Assembly: GCF_009914755.1 (NCBI RefSeq)
Contig: NC_060934.1
Reading direction: 5' to 3' (one strand)
Source: the human T2T-CHM13v2.0 reference genome, Homo sapiens
DNA length: 64,000 nucleotides
The notes beneath the pieces are model-generated. The model worked only from the letters and a program-made list of their open reading frames with translations. It did not search any database and was not told where the DNA came from. This document shows positions 1 to 15,535 of the stretch, piece after piece. The translations under genes were made by a program, and so were the position numbers. Each line of letters starts with the position of its first letter. Position 1 is the first letter of the stretch.

Positions 1-36
1 TATGTCGGAAATGATCAAAGCCCAAAAAAGGTAAGT
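1..36 (+). other. Possible 3' end of a host-gene exon with consensus 5' splice site (AAG|GTAAGT, intron starts at 31)
   Basis: Perfect donor consensus at 28-36; the upstream 30 nt are open in two frames (YVGNDQSPKK or MSEMIKAQK). Gene not recognised; could be a chance match. Confidence 0.4.
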
Positions 37-486
37 GCAAGTAGAAAGAGATAGAAGGGTACAGATATTACAAAAGCAGAATATTTCTAGCTTCAAGGAA
101 AAAATATAGGAGAAGAAGTACATTTTGTTAGTGGAATAGGTCTACAAATCATATTGCTTTCAATATCTACTTTATGACTTCCAAATCAGTAGTCTTAATC
201 TAGACATTTTTCTTGGTCTTGGAAACGATTAGACACTTTCACCTAAATATTTCACAAGTATTTCAGATTAAATATTATCAAAGTTTAACTCCATCATTCT
301 TTTTTTCTTTTCACCTCAATCCTGCTTCTCTGTTTTTTTTTGTGTGTGTGTGTGTGACTAAAGCTCTACTACCCTTTCTGCTTTTGAACCCAAAATCCTG
401 ACTATAACCCTTCATTTCTCCAGGCTTTGCTTAGAGCAGCCTGCTCAATCTCTCTCAGCCCTCTACCCTCTACTCTACTCCTCCTA

Positions 487-669
487 TTGGGGTGTCCAAG
501 GGAGAGAATACAGTCATGGGTTCTTAGTTTCTGTTTCTGGTTGGACCAGTAAAGCCCCTTCCTCATCCCTCTTTTCTGCTTATCACTAAATAAAGAAACT
601 AAAACCCATGGTGTCAGGCTGCTAAAAGCCTAAAACAAAACAGAACAGCAATAGCAACAACAAAACAAG
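487..669 (-). mobile_element. MER107-like hAT-Charlie MITE
   Basis: ggggtgtccaagggagagaatacagtcatgggttcttagtttctg...gctgctaaaagcctaaaacaaaacagaac matches the reverse complement of MER107 as I recall it. Confidence 0.65.
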
Positions 670-838
670 TGTGTATTATTGTCTTATTTCAGGCATCATC
701 ATTGCTCACCTGAACTTACTCTTTACCTCCAGGTTCACATTTCCCTCTACTGCTTCTGGAAGATTTGGAATTGCAAGTTGTATCAAGAATCTCGCTTATT
801 AAAGATCCACTAATAGGTCCTCACTGCCTTTGATGTAA

Positions 839-1564
<726 letters not shown>

Positions 1565-1984
1565 ATGAGTGAACTTTTTGAGGTGATGGCTAAGTTCATT
1601 CATGGTTTTTTTAGAGGTTCCATGACTATAAGTTTATAAAACTTATCGAAGTGTACACTTAATTTATTAAATTGTATTGCATGTGTTATACTTTAAAAAT
1701 GATAACATCAATACAGTGTATAACTGAAACTCAAAGTAAGTTTGAAGAAAAGTATATTTTTAAAATATGCATTGCTATATGTAAATTCTTAAAAACATCT
1801 CTATCAAAAGACACAAATACCTCCAAAAATATTCAAAATTGTCCCTGAAGGGCAGTGTAACACCTCTGAAGTCTACTAGAATAAATCATTTAGTACTTTG
1901 CAGTATAGGTGAATTTGAGGAGAATATGCCTACATTTTGAAAGTAAATGAGGAGGTGGGAAAGGGAAATGATAATAGTTTGAAC

Positions 1985-2722
1985 TCCATGTGGAAGAAAA
2001 TCAAGGCACCCCAGCAAACAGCAGACACCAAAGACAGACATGCCATAGAGCCCTTCTTGAATTTTCCAGCTCAAACAACGCTCCCACTGAATGCAGCCAC
2101 ATGAGGGAGTCCAAGAGAAGCCAGCAGGGGAGCCAGCAGGCCATCTGTAGAATTGTGAAAAAAATAAATAGCAGTTCTCAGCAGTGAGAATCTTGGATGG
2201 TTTATTACATAGACATGGAAGACTGAAATACCCTAAATCAGGATTAGGGGCTGATTTAAAAATGTATAACATTTCATTTCAAAAATCTAAAACTTGTAAC
2301 ATTGGGGTTGGGACTGGTTAGGAATGGAGACAACAGAATAGCAACGAGATCGTGAGTGGAGGCTGGAAGGGCAGAGAGAAAACTGCCACTGGAGGCCAAA
2401 GAAAGGGAGACGATGTCATGTAGAAGGAAAAACAAAGTGGTAAAATGTCATCAGTGGTAAATAAAAATAGAGAATGTATGTAAGAAACTTGTGTATTTGG
2501 TTTAGGGGAATTTTAGGCAGACTGTTCATAGCATCAGCTATTTTTATTTTCTTTTAGACGTATACATTATGAGGTATGGAAAAAGAGTGATGAACAAATG
2601 AAGGAAGTGTTCATTTGTCAGGCAGAATTTGCAAATATAGGAATTCTAAGTCCAAAGCAAAATTGTGAGAAATAATAAATTGTTGTCTTAAGCCATGGTG
2701 TTCTGGGGTATTACAGGGAACA
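1985..2722 (+). mobile_element. MLT1 (MaLR) LTR, internal remnant and second LTR 3' end
   Basis: gaattgtgaaaaaaataaat...gactgaaatac LTR end near 2231, MLT-int-like sequence, then aaattgtgagaaataataaattgttgtcttaagcca near 2660-2695. Confidence 0.6.
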
Positions 2723-3229
2723 AAAGAATTGCCACAGCATTTATCATTAGATACAACACCAGAAGCCAAAATGCACTTGTTCTTAAATAAAATAATTTCT
2801 TCAAGTTAAGTTGAAGATAACTTGAGTAAAGTTTTGTTGTGTTATTTACATTAGTTTGAGCTATATGAATTTGCATATTATCAACCATTTTGTCTTACAA
2901 AAATGGTACTTTGATATGGTTCAACTTCATAGGTTTTCCTTACTTTCTCCAGTAAGCTACATCATGTTAATATACTCCTCTCTTTCCTTCCTTTCTTCAT
3001 TTAACAAATATTTATTCAGTATTTTTAATGGAAAGTACTGTGATAACATAAAAATTCATTAGGCTCAAAAATTTTCACAGCATATTTATAATACAGTAAA
3101 ATAAAATAATTATAGTATATTTATAACATACTTTATAGTATACAAAGCATTTCTTATTATTTTTTCCATTGTTATCTATACATTGTCATTCTGCAGTAGA
3201 GGGGCATAACAATGCATAATACTTCACAG

Positions 3230-3430
3230 CACTTATGACCTAAGTATATTGGAAAAGTTGCATAATTTACTAAACTCAATTTTCTCATCTGAAATTTACA
3301 CTTCCCCTATATAAAAATGGAAATGAGAGTGACACTTCCTCTTCTAGCTGTTTTAAGGATTAATGAAAATAATGCATGTAAAGAATTTATAATGCTCAGT
3401 TCACTCACAGTAAGCTCCCAAAATGTTAGA
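3230..3430 (+). mobile_element. MIR
   Basis: ctcaattttctcatctg...aaaatgga...aggattaatgaaaataatgcatgtaaag core. Confidence 0.6.
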
Positions 3431-4162
3431 TCAAAACTTCTGCCCAGTAGTATTATTAAATTAGTATTATTACCTCACTCTTCTAACCATTTCACTGACA
3501 AGGAAAACAAGATTGGGTGAGTGTAATTGAAATTTTCATAGTAGCAGATCCAAGTTAAAAATCTATGCCTTTCTTTTGAATACCAGCCCAGTCTTTCCCT
3601 AGATCTTGAGACCCACCCTGGCCTTTTGACACCTTTAGTTAACTATTGTACTTAGATGTATTATATGTAGTAGAAATTCTTTAATTTGCCTGTATGTGTC
3701 TGAAACCTCCAATATTTGCCTCCCTCATCCTAAAATACATTGAGCTTGAGAAAACCTGACAAAGTTTGTCTTTGATGGACATTTAAACAAAATCTGTGTC
3801 TTATGATAGGAACAATAATGGATTAATTCAAATTTTACAGTTTTTTTTAACCACTGTTTTAGCAGAAAACTTGAATAATGAATTTAGACAACATTTCTTT
3901 TCATAGCCAATTTTATATGTGAATTCATTGTCACATAGTATCTGGCTTCTGGCATGTGCAATACATATTTGTAAAGAACTATTTGATGTTATTAGATTAT
4001 ATTGATATTATCGTGTGCCTGCACTTAAATAAGTTGAGACTAATTTAATCTCATCACACATCGCAGGTCAGATTTTATTAAGATTATTCCCATAAAACAT
4101 TTAAAAATAAAAGCTTAGTGCAGATTTCCTGAGATAAATGTGATATTTTAACATATCAAGAC

Positions 4163-4702
4163 TGTGATGGTCAATTTTATGTTCCAACTTGATGAGGTTA
4201 AGGGATGCCCAGATAAACATTCTTTCTGAGTGTGTCTCTCAGAGTGTTTCTAGAAGAGATAGGTGATTGAGTCAGTAGACTGAGTAAAGAAGATTCACCA
4301 TCACCACTGTGGGGTTGGCATCATCCAATCTGCTGAAAACCTGAATAAAACAAAAAGGCAGAGAAAAGTTGAATTTGCTCTCTCTGCTTGTGCTGGGACA
4401 TCCATCTTCTTCTGGCTTGGGACATCTGATGCTCCTTATTTTTGGACTTCGGAACTTACACCAGCTTGTCAGCCTTAGTCCTTGGGTGTTATATCATCAG
4501 CTTCCCTGGTTCTTAGGCATTCATCTTTCATCTAAATTACACTACCAACTTTTCTGCCTCTCCTTCTTGCAGATGGCATATCTAACTATTGTGGGGCTTC
4601 TTGGCCTCCATAATTGTATCAGCCAATTCTCATAATAAACCTCCTCATATATATCTCTCTATATACTCTATTGGTTCTATTTATTTGTAAAACTCGAATC
4701 CA
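4163..4702 (+). mobile_element. MLT2 (ERVL) solo LTR
   Basis: Starts tgtgatggtcaattttatg, contains agtagactgagtaaagaagat, ends aataaacctcc...ctattggttcta. Confidence 0.85.
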
Positions 4703-4826
4703 CATAAATTCCATGGTGCCTTTAGACTAATATTAAGTCGAAAGATTTTAGAGTCTATAGTCTAAAGACTAAAGTCTAAAGTCTAATGACTTTATATTTG
4801 TCTAAAGGCACCATGAAATTTATGTG
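4701..4826. repeat. Inverted repeat, 39-bp arms (36/39 match), 48-nt loop with GTCTAAA-like tandem units
   Basis: 4701-4739 is the reverse complement of 4788-4826 with 3 mismatches. Confidence 0.9.
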
Positions 4827-6475
4827 TATATTTTTAAAATTTTGTTACAATGCCCTGAAAGTTTGCTAGAAACATATGCTGATATTCTATCACAAATAGA
4901 AATTTTGCAATGTTTTGACATAGTTCCACTCCCAAAGCATAAAAACAGGAGAGAAGATACTGTTACACTCTATGGTCTTCTTTGCTGTTTTCTCTCTTTG
5001 CAGCTCTATCCGAATCCAATCTATCCTGAGCAATAGTTTAGTCTTCCTACAGGCTGGGTTAATTATTTTTAAATATTCTTCTACCCTAGATCTTGGTAGA
5101 TTATCTGACAATACTATTTTTACCACTTTCTTACTCCAAAATGTTCTAATGGCTTCCTAATTTTCATTGCTTTAAACCAAATTTATTCTCACTGACTTGC
5201 AAAGCCTCCCATTGTGTATTCTACTCTTACCTAATCAGTCTTACTTTTCACTCCTCCAAATTGTATCATATGTTTGGATATTACCAGTGCACTACTGTTG
5301 TGTAAATGGTTTACTATTTCTGTCTTAGTCTTTGATGATGATGCCTTCACTCATGTTGTCTTCCCCTTTAAATTCCTTCTACTAAGAGGCACACTCCAAA
5401 TAGTGCTCTATGTTCTCCATCCCCTTACTGACCATTGTCTCATTAATTATTATTTAATGCTTCCTAGGAAAGTGACTTCATACTTACTCCACCCTGTACA
5501 TTTTCTTCAGTAGGAGAAATGGTAATAAGGAATGCAATATGTGCTCGTGAACAAGGGTCATTGCAAATGCAGCCTTCGTTCATTATAACTGGGAATTCAT
5601 CTATTTAACCCAAATGTAGTCTGTATATTTTAGGGGTTTGTCCACTGGGGCTGATACTTTGCTTTTTAAAAAATTTGTTTTCAAATCTCTGATTCTTTTT
5701 TATTTATGTATCTTGTTTTTTCTCATAAAACATTAAACCCGTTTAATATTTTTATCAACTATTACCGATTCCATAATTATCCAGTTAGTACCATACATAT
5801 TTTATTCCTGTCATTTGTCATTTGATAAGTATTGCCTTCTATTCCTGAAAATAATTTGAGGGTATTTATTTTTTCTTCTAAATCATAATGTAAGGTACTT
5901 CAAGTCGAAGACTTTAGCTCATACTTCAAAGCTTAATAAATGCATAAATATTCAGGCTTGATTTAACTGCTATACCAATTTATAATTAGTTGTCCAGTTG
6001 TGAATTTTGACAACAATGTGCTATTTTATTTGCCACTTTTTATATTATTCGCTGCTCTAGAGTCTAAGAATCTTGAAGATCAGTATAATTTCTTAAAATT
6101 TTCCTGTATTGCCTTCCAGACTAGCTTTACGCTCATATTTGATACTTAAAACAAATTCTTAGTAGTTGATTCATTGACTGAATTAGAAATGAGTTATCTG
6201 ACTGCAAATGAAATCCTAAGATAAATATTCAATGAAGCATGGTGCCAGTGTATCTAAATTTAATTTTTGATTTGTTAACTTGACATAAACCTTTGTGGAT
6301 ATGGATGATTAATGCTTTCATTTCTAAAATAATATAAATTTGTATTAATTGGCTTGAGTCTAAGAACATTAATTTAAGCATAATATGTTATTTGAATACA
6401 GCTGCTCGCCCACATGTGGCCATCCCCAGGATCACAACTGGCTTGGGTGAAATCCACATACAGAGTCTTACTTTT

Positions 6476-6786
<311 letters not shown>

Positions 6787-7339
6787 AGAGTATTACTCTT
6801 CTTATCTCACTTTTGGGAAATCTATTCCTTACTATCTTTATTCCTCTCAAATATGCTACCTTGTCTCCATCTCTTTCATATGACTTTGACTATGCTTCAA
6901 ATTTTACAAAAACAAGAGAGCTTATCAGTTATCAACTCTCTAAGGTTAGACATGTTTACCTATAATGTTATCTAATATGTATTGAAGTCAGAGATAGTGA
7001 TATTCAGGCTTATATCAAAAAATTATTCTTTTATCTTTGATTTGGCTCTTATCCTCTTTCCAAATACTCAGTATCTTTATTTCATCAAATATTCTCTAGT
7101 ATCTTCCTCTACATTTGTTTCTTTCTCTCTGCATAGAAATATGTTGAAAATGCTTCCATTCACAAAATATGTTATTTTGGTTTTAAATCTCTTCTACATG
7201 CCCTATCATTTTTCCCCTAACATTTTGGGAAATAGTAGCTTACACTATAAGTACTGAATTTGGTATATCCTGTTCCATCAATGATTTATTTATTTTAAGC
7301 TAAATTTTTACCTTACCAGGTCACTGAAAATATTTTAAT

Positions 7340-7900
7340 TAAATTTTTAGTATGATAATCCAATGAGCATCTTTTAGACTTCAGTTTTCTTTATTTCATG
7401 GCAACATTTGTCACTACTGACCAGTGTTTCCTTCTTCAAACATATTTTTCTCCCGTGGTTTCTGGGATAATTTTCATTTTCCATTTACATTATACACCTC
7501 TGGCCATTTCTCAGTCTGCTCTGTGAATTCCTCTTTGCTATGCATTTTCATATCAACATTCTGCAGGAATCTACATTTTAAATCCTTCTTATCACACTGT
7601 ATTCTTCTTATGAATTGATCTACATTCAAGGAGCAACTATGATCTATATTTATAATAGATAAACACATTTTATCTCACTTGAAAACATTAATTGATTGGT
7701 AGATTTTCTTTATTTACCTTAAAAATCAATCCATGGTTAAACTTGTTTATACAATCTGTAAATATTTGTTCTCTATATACATCCTCACTAGTGTCTATTG
7801 AAGCAGTTGGGAGTTCACTGTAACTTGTTTGAAAATTTTTAATAGTCTTTTCATCATAATCTGCACTTCTCTACTCTCATCTTCCTTCAGTCATGCCCTG
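7340..7900 (+). mobile_element. L2 fragment
   Basis: ggcaacatttgtcactactgacca...cctctggccatttctcagtct pyrimidine-rich L2 ORF2 pattern. Confidence 0.5.
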
Positions 7901-7916
7901 CTCTGCCCTAGTGTGA

Positions 7917-8184
<268 letters not shown>

Positions 8185-10779
8185 GTGTGATGCTTCTTAC
8201 ATGCAAACATGACTTTGTTCTCGCCTTCTCAGAACTATTCATTTGTACCACATTGCGTTCAAAAAGAAATCTTTATTGATATGTATGGTATTGAAAGCTC
8301 TTTAAATTCTGATTGTATTGTTTCACCATCTCAATCCTGTATAGTTTTCTGACTTCATGCATTATACTGTGTAGATCCCATTTACACTTTGCTCTTGTAT
8401 GCTTCTTTGCTTTTGCTGAAATGCTCTCTCTTCTTTTTGGTGAAGCTGTTCCTGTGAGTCCCTAACCATTCCTTTTCTTATATTTCCCTGCTCTTTATTC
8501 TTAGCCCTTAAAATCGTCAAAATATTAAAATGTTATAAGGTTATAATATATTGTATGTTCATATGCTTTTATCTCTTATAAAATGAATTCTTTCAGTTCA
8601 AGTCTTATCTCTTTTAATCTGTAAGTATGAAATAATACTGTGAATGACATTGCATATAGTGACAGTTTTAATTAACAAATATTAAAAGTACAATTGTTGT
8701 TATTTAGAATGGCCTCTATATTATATTAGTTCTAAAAATGAATTCATATAAAATGCTGAAAATGTTTAAAAGCAACATATTAGAAGAAATAAGCCTTAGC
8801 TGAGAAACAGGGGCCCAGGACTAGTTGTGTCTTGCCCTACTAATTTACAGTGCAACTTCTGGAAAATTATTTATTCTTTTTCAGCCTTAGTTCCCGCCTC
8901 TGAAAAATGGTGAGCATGTACTGAATGGCCAAGAAGAATTGTGTATTTAAATGGCAGCAAAGTTTCACATAATTAATATTTTTAAAATGGTCACTTTAAA
9001 GAAGCATAAAATATATTTTCAACAGTTGAACAGGTTCATGTCTTCTAATATTTTTTATTCAGGATTATGGATTTTTTAATGAAAGAAGAATAACCTCTTT
9101 TTGGTTGTGCATCTTGTTCTACCTAGCCTGATTTTTTAATAGAAATATGAAGGCATGAGATAACAGACCCTTTGGATGACATATATTCCATTTTAGAAGA
9201 AAGAAAATGTTCAGGGCTGCCTGTATTTTTTTGGCTGTGCAAAGGTCAAAATATTAAGAATTATCTTTAATATTTTTCTAGCCTGATAATCATCTTTTTT
9301 CATATGTCATGCAATTGTCCACCCATGACGTTTTATAACCCAGCCAAGTTAGCCTGATAAAAGCCCTTACATTCTATTACTCATCTAGATTCCATTTGAT
9401 TACCTCTTTGTATATTGTGTGTTCCTCATATTTCAACAAATGTGAATCATGACTCTAATGATATAATAAAAAAGATGACAGAATGACAAAAGACTTATAG
9501 ACTGAGTGCATTGGATTTAAGTTATAACTGTTTTATCACTCATTTTTATTAAAATATTTTTCTAACAGTCACTGGAATAAATCTTGTTATATACATATAC
9601 TCAATCTAATATCAGATAAAAAAGCATAGTATTTAAAAAGTGCTAATAAATAATACAATTATTTAGTACGTTTTGCCAGAAGTATATAAAACTATCCATC
9701 AGATATGATGCATCCTTCTACCTGGCTTTGCCCTCTCTCACCCATCAGTTTGCCTACTTTGAGGAATAATCAAGGTAAATATTTACCTCAATTAAAATAG
9801 CAAATGCTATAAAATAATACTGATAGAAAAGAATAATATACAGAAAGTAAATGGGATAGGGGGTTTAACTGGCTATGACCAGGTACTATCAAGAATTATA
9901 TTAAGGATTCTTATGTGATTGGTCTAGACCAGTTTCTGCATATGGATGTGCCCATTCTCCTCTAAAAAGTTATAGTCCAAATGGCAATCATGAGATAGAC
10001 AAATAGAAAAAGAACAAAAATATATTAGGAAGCATCTAATGGACACATATTCGTGCCATTCATATTATAATTATGTCATATCTTTCAGGAGCAAGGAGAA
10101 GTATGTCAATGAGGTGAGAATGGGGAAAACAACAATGATATTCTCATATCCAAATAGGAGAACATATCAAGTCTTCCCAGATAACTTCAGAAAGCATTCA
10201 TGGAAGAAATAATATATAGGAAATGTTTAACTATAGAGAAGAAAATTATCTAGAACACACTTACAGAATAGAAATTTATAGAATTACTCATTGACTGAAA
10301 TGAGTGAAATAGAAAGATTTCATGATTATGATATTTTTTCGTAAAGCACTTTGATATTTCTTCTTTTAAAAATCAAGTTCTTAAAACATGAGTATAATTA
10401 TTTAGGAGGTTGAATAGTCTTCTTGGGAAGACTCTTGAGTCACAACAGAGACACGGCAAGAGTAGGAATTGATGGGTGGTCCAGAGAAGATGAAGAGCAT
10501 GTTCTGCCCCAGGGTTAGTATTCAAGATTACAGCATTTGCATACCCAGTGCCTATCACAGTGCCTGCTCACTGTTGACTGTTAATTTAAAAATTATTATA
10601 GACTATGTGAAGACTAAATAGCTCCAACATTATATGGATTCTGAGTAATCATGCAGGACTCTGGAAAACAGATTGTAAAAAGTGTAATTTACAAATCTTT
10701 TATTCTGCACTGAATCAGTACTGGTGTTAGTCAACTGAATGTATTTGGGTGAGAGTAGAAGAAATATATATAGATACTA

Positions 10780-12240
10780 ATGATCGCTGCTTTCCAGAAG
10801 CAACCACTTTCATTGCTTTTGTCTTTTATGGTATTCACCATTATTTCTCAATAACTTGCTTTTCCTTAAATTGCTTTATTTCTTAGTGTTAATGATTAGA
10901 TAATGACAATTTTCACTATGGAAGGTCAGAATTTTGGTTTATAATAAATATATTGTATTATAAACTTATTAGATCTATTTTCAACGATTACATTTCATTG
11001 ATGTATTACTGATGAGTTATGTAGTGCTATATACATTTTATTTCTTGGGGTAAATAATTACTCATTTTTTGTTTGAATTTTTTAATCTTCCAAAAATATA
11101 CATTTCCATGCAGTATTTTCAAATTGATGAGATAATCTATAAAGCTTTCTTTCTCCTCTCTCTCTCTCCTTTTCTTTCTTGGCAGTATCTCTCCTGGTGT
11201 ATGTTTTGCTTTTTCATGAGTACTCTCTAGGCCTGCTGCTCAGTTGCTGTTCTGCAATCTGTCTTCACCATCATCCTATAAAATCCTTTAAGCCATTTTT
11301 CTGTCTTGGATACCCTGTTTTCTGATTCCCACAACTCCTTCTTTCTTGACATATTCTCTCATTTTGGTAGTACACATTTTTTCAATGTTTTTTGTGCATG
11401 AGTGAGTGGTTGTGAAATTTGTGGGTTTTTATGTCTGAGAATGTCTTGGCAGTTTTGATTATTTGTCTAGATATGGAGTTCTCCATAGACGGTCACTTCC
11501 ATTAAATCTTCAGGCATTACTTCATGGTCCTCAAGCTTTCATTGTGGCTGTTTAAAATAATCGATTATATTCTGATGTCTGATCTTCTCTTTATAATATT
11601 TTATTTTTAATCTCCCATCTCTGGAAGTATTTAGGATCTCCCCTTAGGCACAAGTGGTCTGACATTTTACAATAACTAGCTTTGGTACAAATCTTTTTCA
11701 TCCATTTTACTGGACAGTAGGTGGACACTTTCAGTATGGAAACTCATGTGCTTTAGCTTTAATTTTGGAGAGCATAAGTGAATTTTTAAAATATTCTTTG
11801 GCTTCATTTCCTCTGTTCTTTATTCCTCATAGATTCATTATTTGGTATTGAGTTTTCTAGATAGTCTTTTAATTTTCTTCTTTTGTCTCTCACTACATCT
11901 TTGTATTTATATGTTGTCTTTCTGAAAGATTGTCTTCATTTTGTCCTCAACTGAGGTATTCATTACTACAATTGAGTTTTAAAGACATAGGTTTGTTCTC
12001 TGAATAATATTTTTAAAGATTTCTTTTTCTTTCATGGATCCAAAAGTTTTGTTTTTTTTTCTGTTCCCAGCATTGCCTTTATTTTAAATCTTTTCTGTCA
12101 TCTTCACTGTTTTTTTGTTTGTTTGTTTGTTCTGTCCTCATTCATATGAGGAGCCAATCCTTGACTCTCATTTTATTTATAAAAAATGAGACCTTAAGAA
12201 TTGACTGGATGTGCCTACCGTTAGCATGTAGAGTGGATTC
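10780..12240 (-). mobile_element. Ancient L1M(E) fragments
   Basis: T-rich antisense L1 pattern (atgtctgagaatgtct, ttcattgtggctgtt, tctggaagtatttaggatc); boundaries rough. Confidence 0.45.
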
Positions 12241-12879
12241 TTGTGCTTCAGAATAGGATGAAGTGGCTTGGCAACTGTTGGGGGAGGGCCCCACCTATCA
12301 GTTGCAGTAGGTTTTTTTCTTTGGCTACTCAGTTTTCCCAGAAAAGATATAACAATTTCCTACCTGGTACAGAGGGGAGTGAGAAAGTCTGTCTATTAAC
12401 TTTCTTAACTCCAAATAGAGAGAGAAAGCTGAGGTTTTTGCCAGTTAGTACATATATGCATATTCATAAATTAGCAAATACATCAAGTTAAAATAAATCC
12501 CATGTTATTATGCAGGTTTTTATGATTTACTTCTTTACTTGATGTCTTGTTAAAATACCCAACCAATTGATGGTATGAATCACAAGGATAAAAGTAATGC
12601 TAGAAAAAATATGAATATGTTTTTAACTGATTAGACCTATCTGTAGGTGACCTCAGTTACTCTTATAGAACAATTGCTTCATTAGAAGAGCATAGTTTTT
12701 AATATATTACTTGTCAACTTTGAATGATGCTAGTAGTGATCTCTAAATAAATTTACTATGCTCCCTACTATACCAGTGTGTGCATGTTTGTATGGATGTT
12801 TATGTTATGTATGTGTGTGTGTATGGATGTGTTAATTATAGAACATTATAAAATATACAAATAAATTAGAAAAGATGGA

Positions 12880-13360
12880 TGTATTAGGTAGCGTCCTTGT
12901 AGAGAAGTGATGATTTTGAAACTTTGAACACAATGAAGGGACTATTTACAGAGCTGTAGATAGGGTTGAGGGAATCAGCAAAGATTGTTGATAGACTAGC
13001 AACATCAGAAAATGGTATCACTTGTAGCCCTGAAGGGGCCAGGGGATGAACTAGTAATACTAGAGCCAGGAGGAAGCACAAGTCTTGGAAGGGGAGCTGC
13101 CCAACACCAGCTGTAACTGTGGAGAAAAACAGCTATTTCCATGATTCTGGTGCCCAAGCAAAGAGAAAATAGGAATCAGAAAATAGTCACCTTAACTTCC
13201 ACTTTCATTATCTAATTTCTACCTGGTTCTCTTCATTGGCCAAATCCAACCAAAATCAAAAGTGCAAGGAACCCAAGTCACTGTTCCTAGAGTACAGCCT
13301 CTCTATGGCACAGAGCAGGGAACGGGGTAAAGAATGGATCTTGAGGAACAGAGTATGACC
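12880..13360 (-). mobile_element. Ancient MaLR LTR (MLT1N2/M-like)
   Basis: aagggactatttacagag...cattggccaaatccaacc...cacagagcaggg...agaatggatct. Confidence 0.55.
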
Positions 13361-13559
13361 AATTTAATAGGATTTTAAAAATTATAAACAAATATGTCAC
13401 GGTATTTCTCCACAGATTAGGAAGGACTGATTGCCATGAGCATCCTATGTTGGTGAACATGTAGGATCTTGTTTTTAGACTCTAAGAAGTAGAGCTGGAT
13501 ATGGAAGTGAGCAAAGGTTCTAAAAGGAAATCCCATTCCAATCCAAATTTTTCTTAATA

Positions 13560-13720
13560 AATACTTGTAACATTTTAGTGTGTTTATGAATCATCAAGGA
13601 TTGGACTAAATTGCAGATTCTGATTCAATGAATCTGTAGTGGTGCTGGAGATTCTGTATCTCAAGCCATCTTCCAGATGATGCTAGTATTTCTGGTCAGA
13701 AGCCTACACTTGAATAGCAA
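13560..13720. mobile_element. MER5B hAT-Charlie MITE
   Basis: tgcagattctgattca...gagattctg...ccagatgatgct...cacttgaatagcaa. Confidence 0.65.
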
Positions 13721-13724
13721 CTTT

Positions 13725-14010
13725 CTCTTTTTTTTTTTTTTTGAGATCTGTAGCCCAGGCTGGAGTGCAGTGGCACAATCTCGACGAATTGAAATCTCTG
13801 CCTCCCAGGTTCAAGTGATTCTCTGGTTTCAGCCTCCCAATTAGCTGGGATTACAGGCGTGTGCCACCATTCCTGGCCCAATTTTGTAGTTTAGTAGAGA
13901 TAGGGCTTCACCATGTTGGCCAGACTGGTCTTGAACTCATGGCTTCCAGTAATCTGCCCATCTCAGCCTCCCAAAGTGCTGGGATTACATACGTGAGCCA
14001 CCACACAGGG
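13725..14010 (-). mobile_element. AluS
   Basis: Two-arm Alu with poly-T tail. Confidence 0.9.
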
Positions 14011-15535
14011 ACGCTTCTTTCAACAGGACTAAGCATACAGGCAATTAATTACCTGCTTTTTCTGTTGCTCTCAAGATTCTTTAGCTTTCCAGGGGGTGGA
14101 GGAAAAAAAGCCTTAAGCCTAGAAAGTCTGCAAGTTTCCCTGTGAAATGAAAAGTTTAACCAGATAATCTCCAACAGTATCTAACAATTAAAAATAGAAT
14201 TCCGTGAAACACATAGACTTTTTTTGTACTTCATGATTTAAAACACAAATTACTAACTTTCCCATATTGTGTGTGTTTTTTTTAATAACAGAAGACACAA
14301 ATGAATTATTTGGGACATAATATACATAAAATAGAGATCAGTTAATAAGTTAACTAGGAATAGAACAATTTAATTAAATAATTTGAAAGAAAGGCTTTAT
14401 AGCTACAAATGAATACAACATGGTAGGTGGAAAAATATGTTATTTTCTTGTCATATGTCATATGTTTGTCATATTCAGATCGTGTATAATTAATAATTTC
14501 ATTGCTCTTTTGCAGGTTAATACACATTTTAGGAAAATGAAGTCATACATAAAGTATATAAATAGGAAAAAAACTGGTTTTCCTAAAAAATTATTTACAT
14601 AGAAACAGCAGCACGACCATAATTATGGTTATTTTTATGATTAAAGCACTAATGAGTTTTCATTTGTTCCCTAGATTCCAAATCTATTCCTAGATCAATT
14701 CACTTATCACACTTGTCATTGAAAATAAAATATCTATCTGGCACTGCTTTGGGAAGATTAAGAAATTGTTTATTTCATTAAATGCAAAGTTGAAGTATCT
14801 AGCCCATTATAAAAATATTTACAATTTTTAAAATGTGTGTCATTCAATATAAATTGATGCTTAGGAAAATTTCCATAGTCACTCTTAGTGCTATTTTGGA
14901 TTATTGACTACAGTAGAAACAGACCAGTTAAAAAACAAAACAAAATAAAACAAAACAAACAAAAGGAAAAACTTGTTAAGTAAGCTACTTTAGGGTTGAG
15001 TAGCTTATCTACTTATTTTATTCACAAGATCAACCCAAGGAGATCTCATTATATTCATGATTTATTCAATTTTTTCTTCCAGAATGTTATCTGTGGTATC
15101 AATTTTGAAAAAAATTCAAAATGTGCATTCATTATATTATTCTATATAGATCCGTACATGAGTAAATCGATAACTTTCTTGTTTACTGATACTTACCTTG
15201 CTCTTCTAACACTGTAAGCCTTCAGAGTACTAGAATAGCACAAAGTATACACACATGTCTGTCTGCTGAGATATCTTTGGATATTTTACTGACATCCTGC
15301 ATGATCTCATGAAGGATTTAGAGAACATAAAGACTTATGATTCGGAAGCTGTTCATCCATTTTACTTTTCATATGTGTTTGTTTTTTTCCATTTTTTTCT
15401 TTTGTTCCATAACCATAAGAATTCACATTTTATACCATATGACAAAAACTTTTTAAGCAAAAATGAACAGTGCATCTGCCAATGTGATTTTTGTTCTCAG
15501 CTTTCTCTTATAAACAAACACTATCTGTTGGGGCT

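Noticed and set aside
14495-14602. Acceptor-like cttttgcAG|G at 14515 followed by a 28-codon open frame
   Set aside because: AT-rich non-coding composition, no recognisable protein and no good donor; such sites are common.
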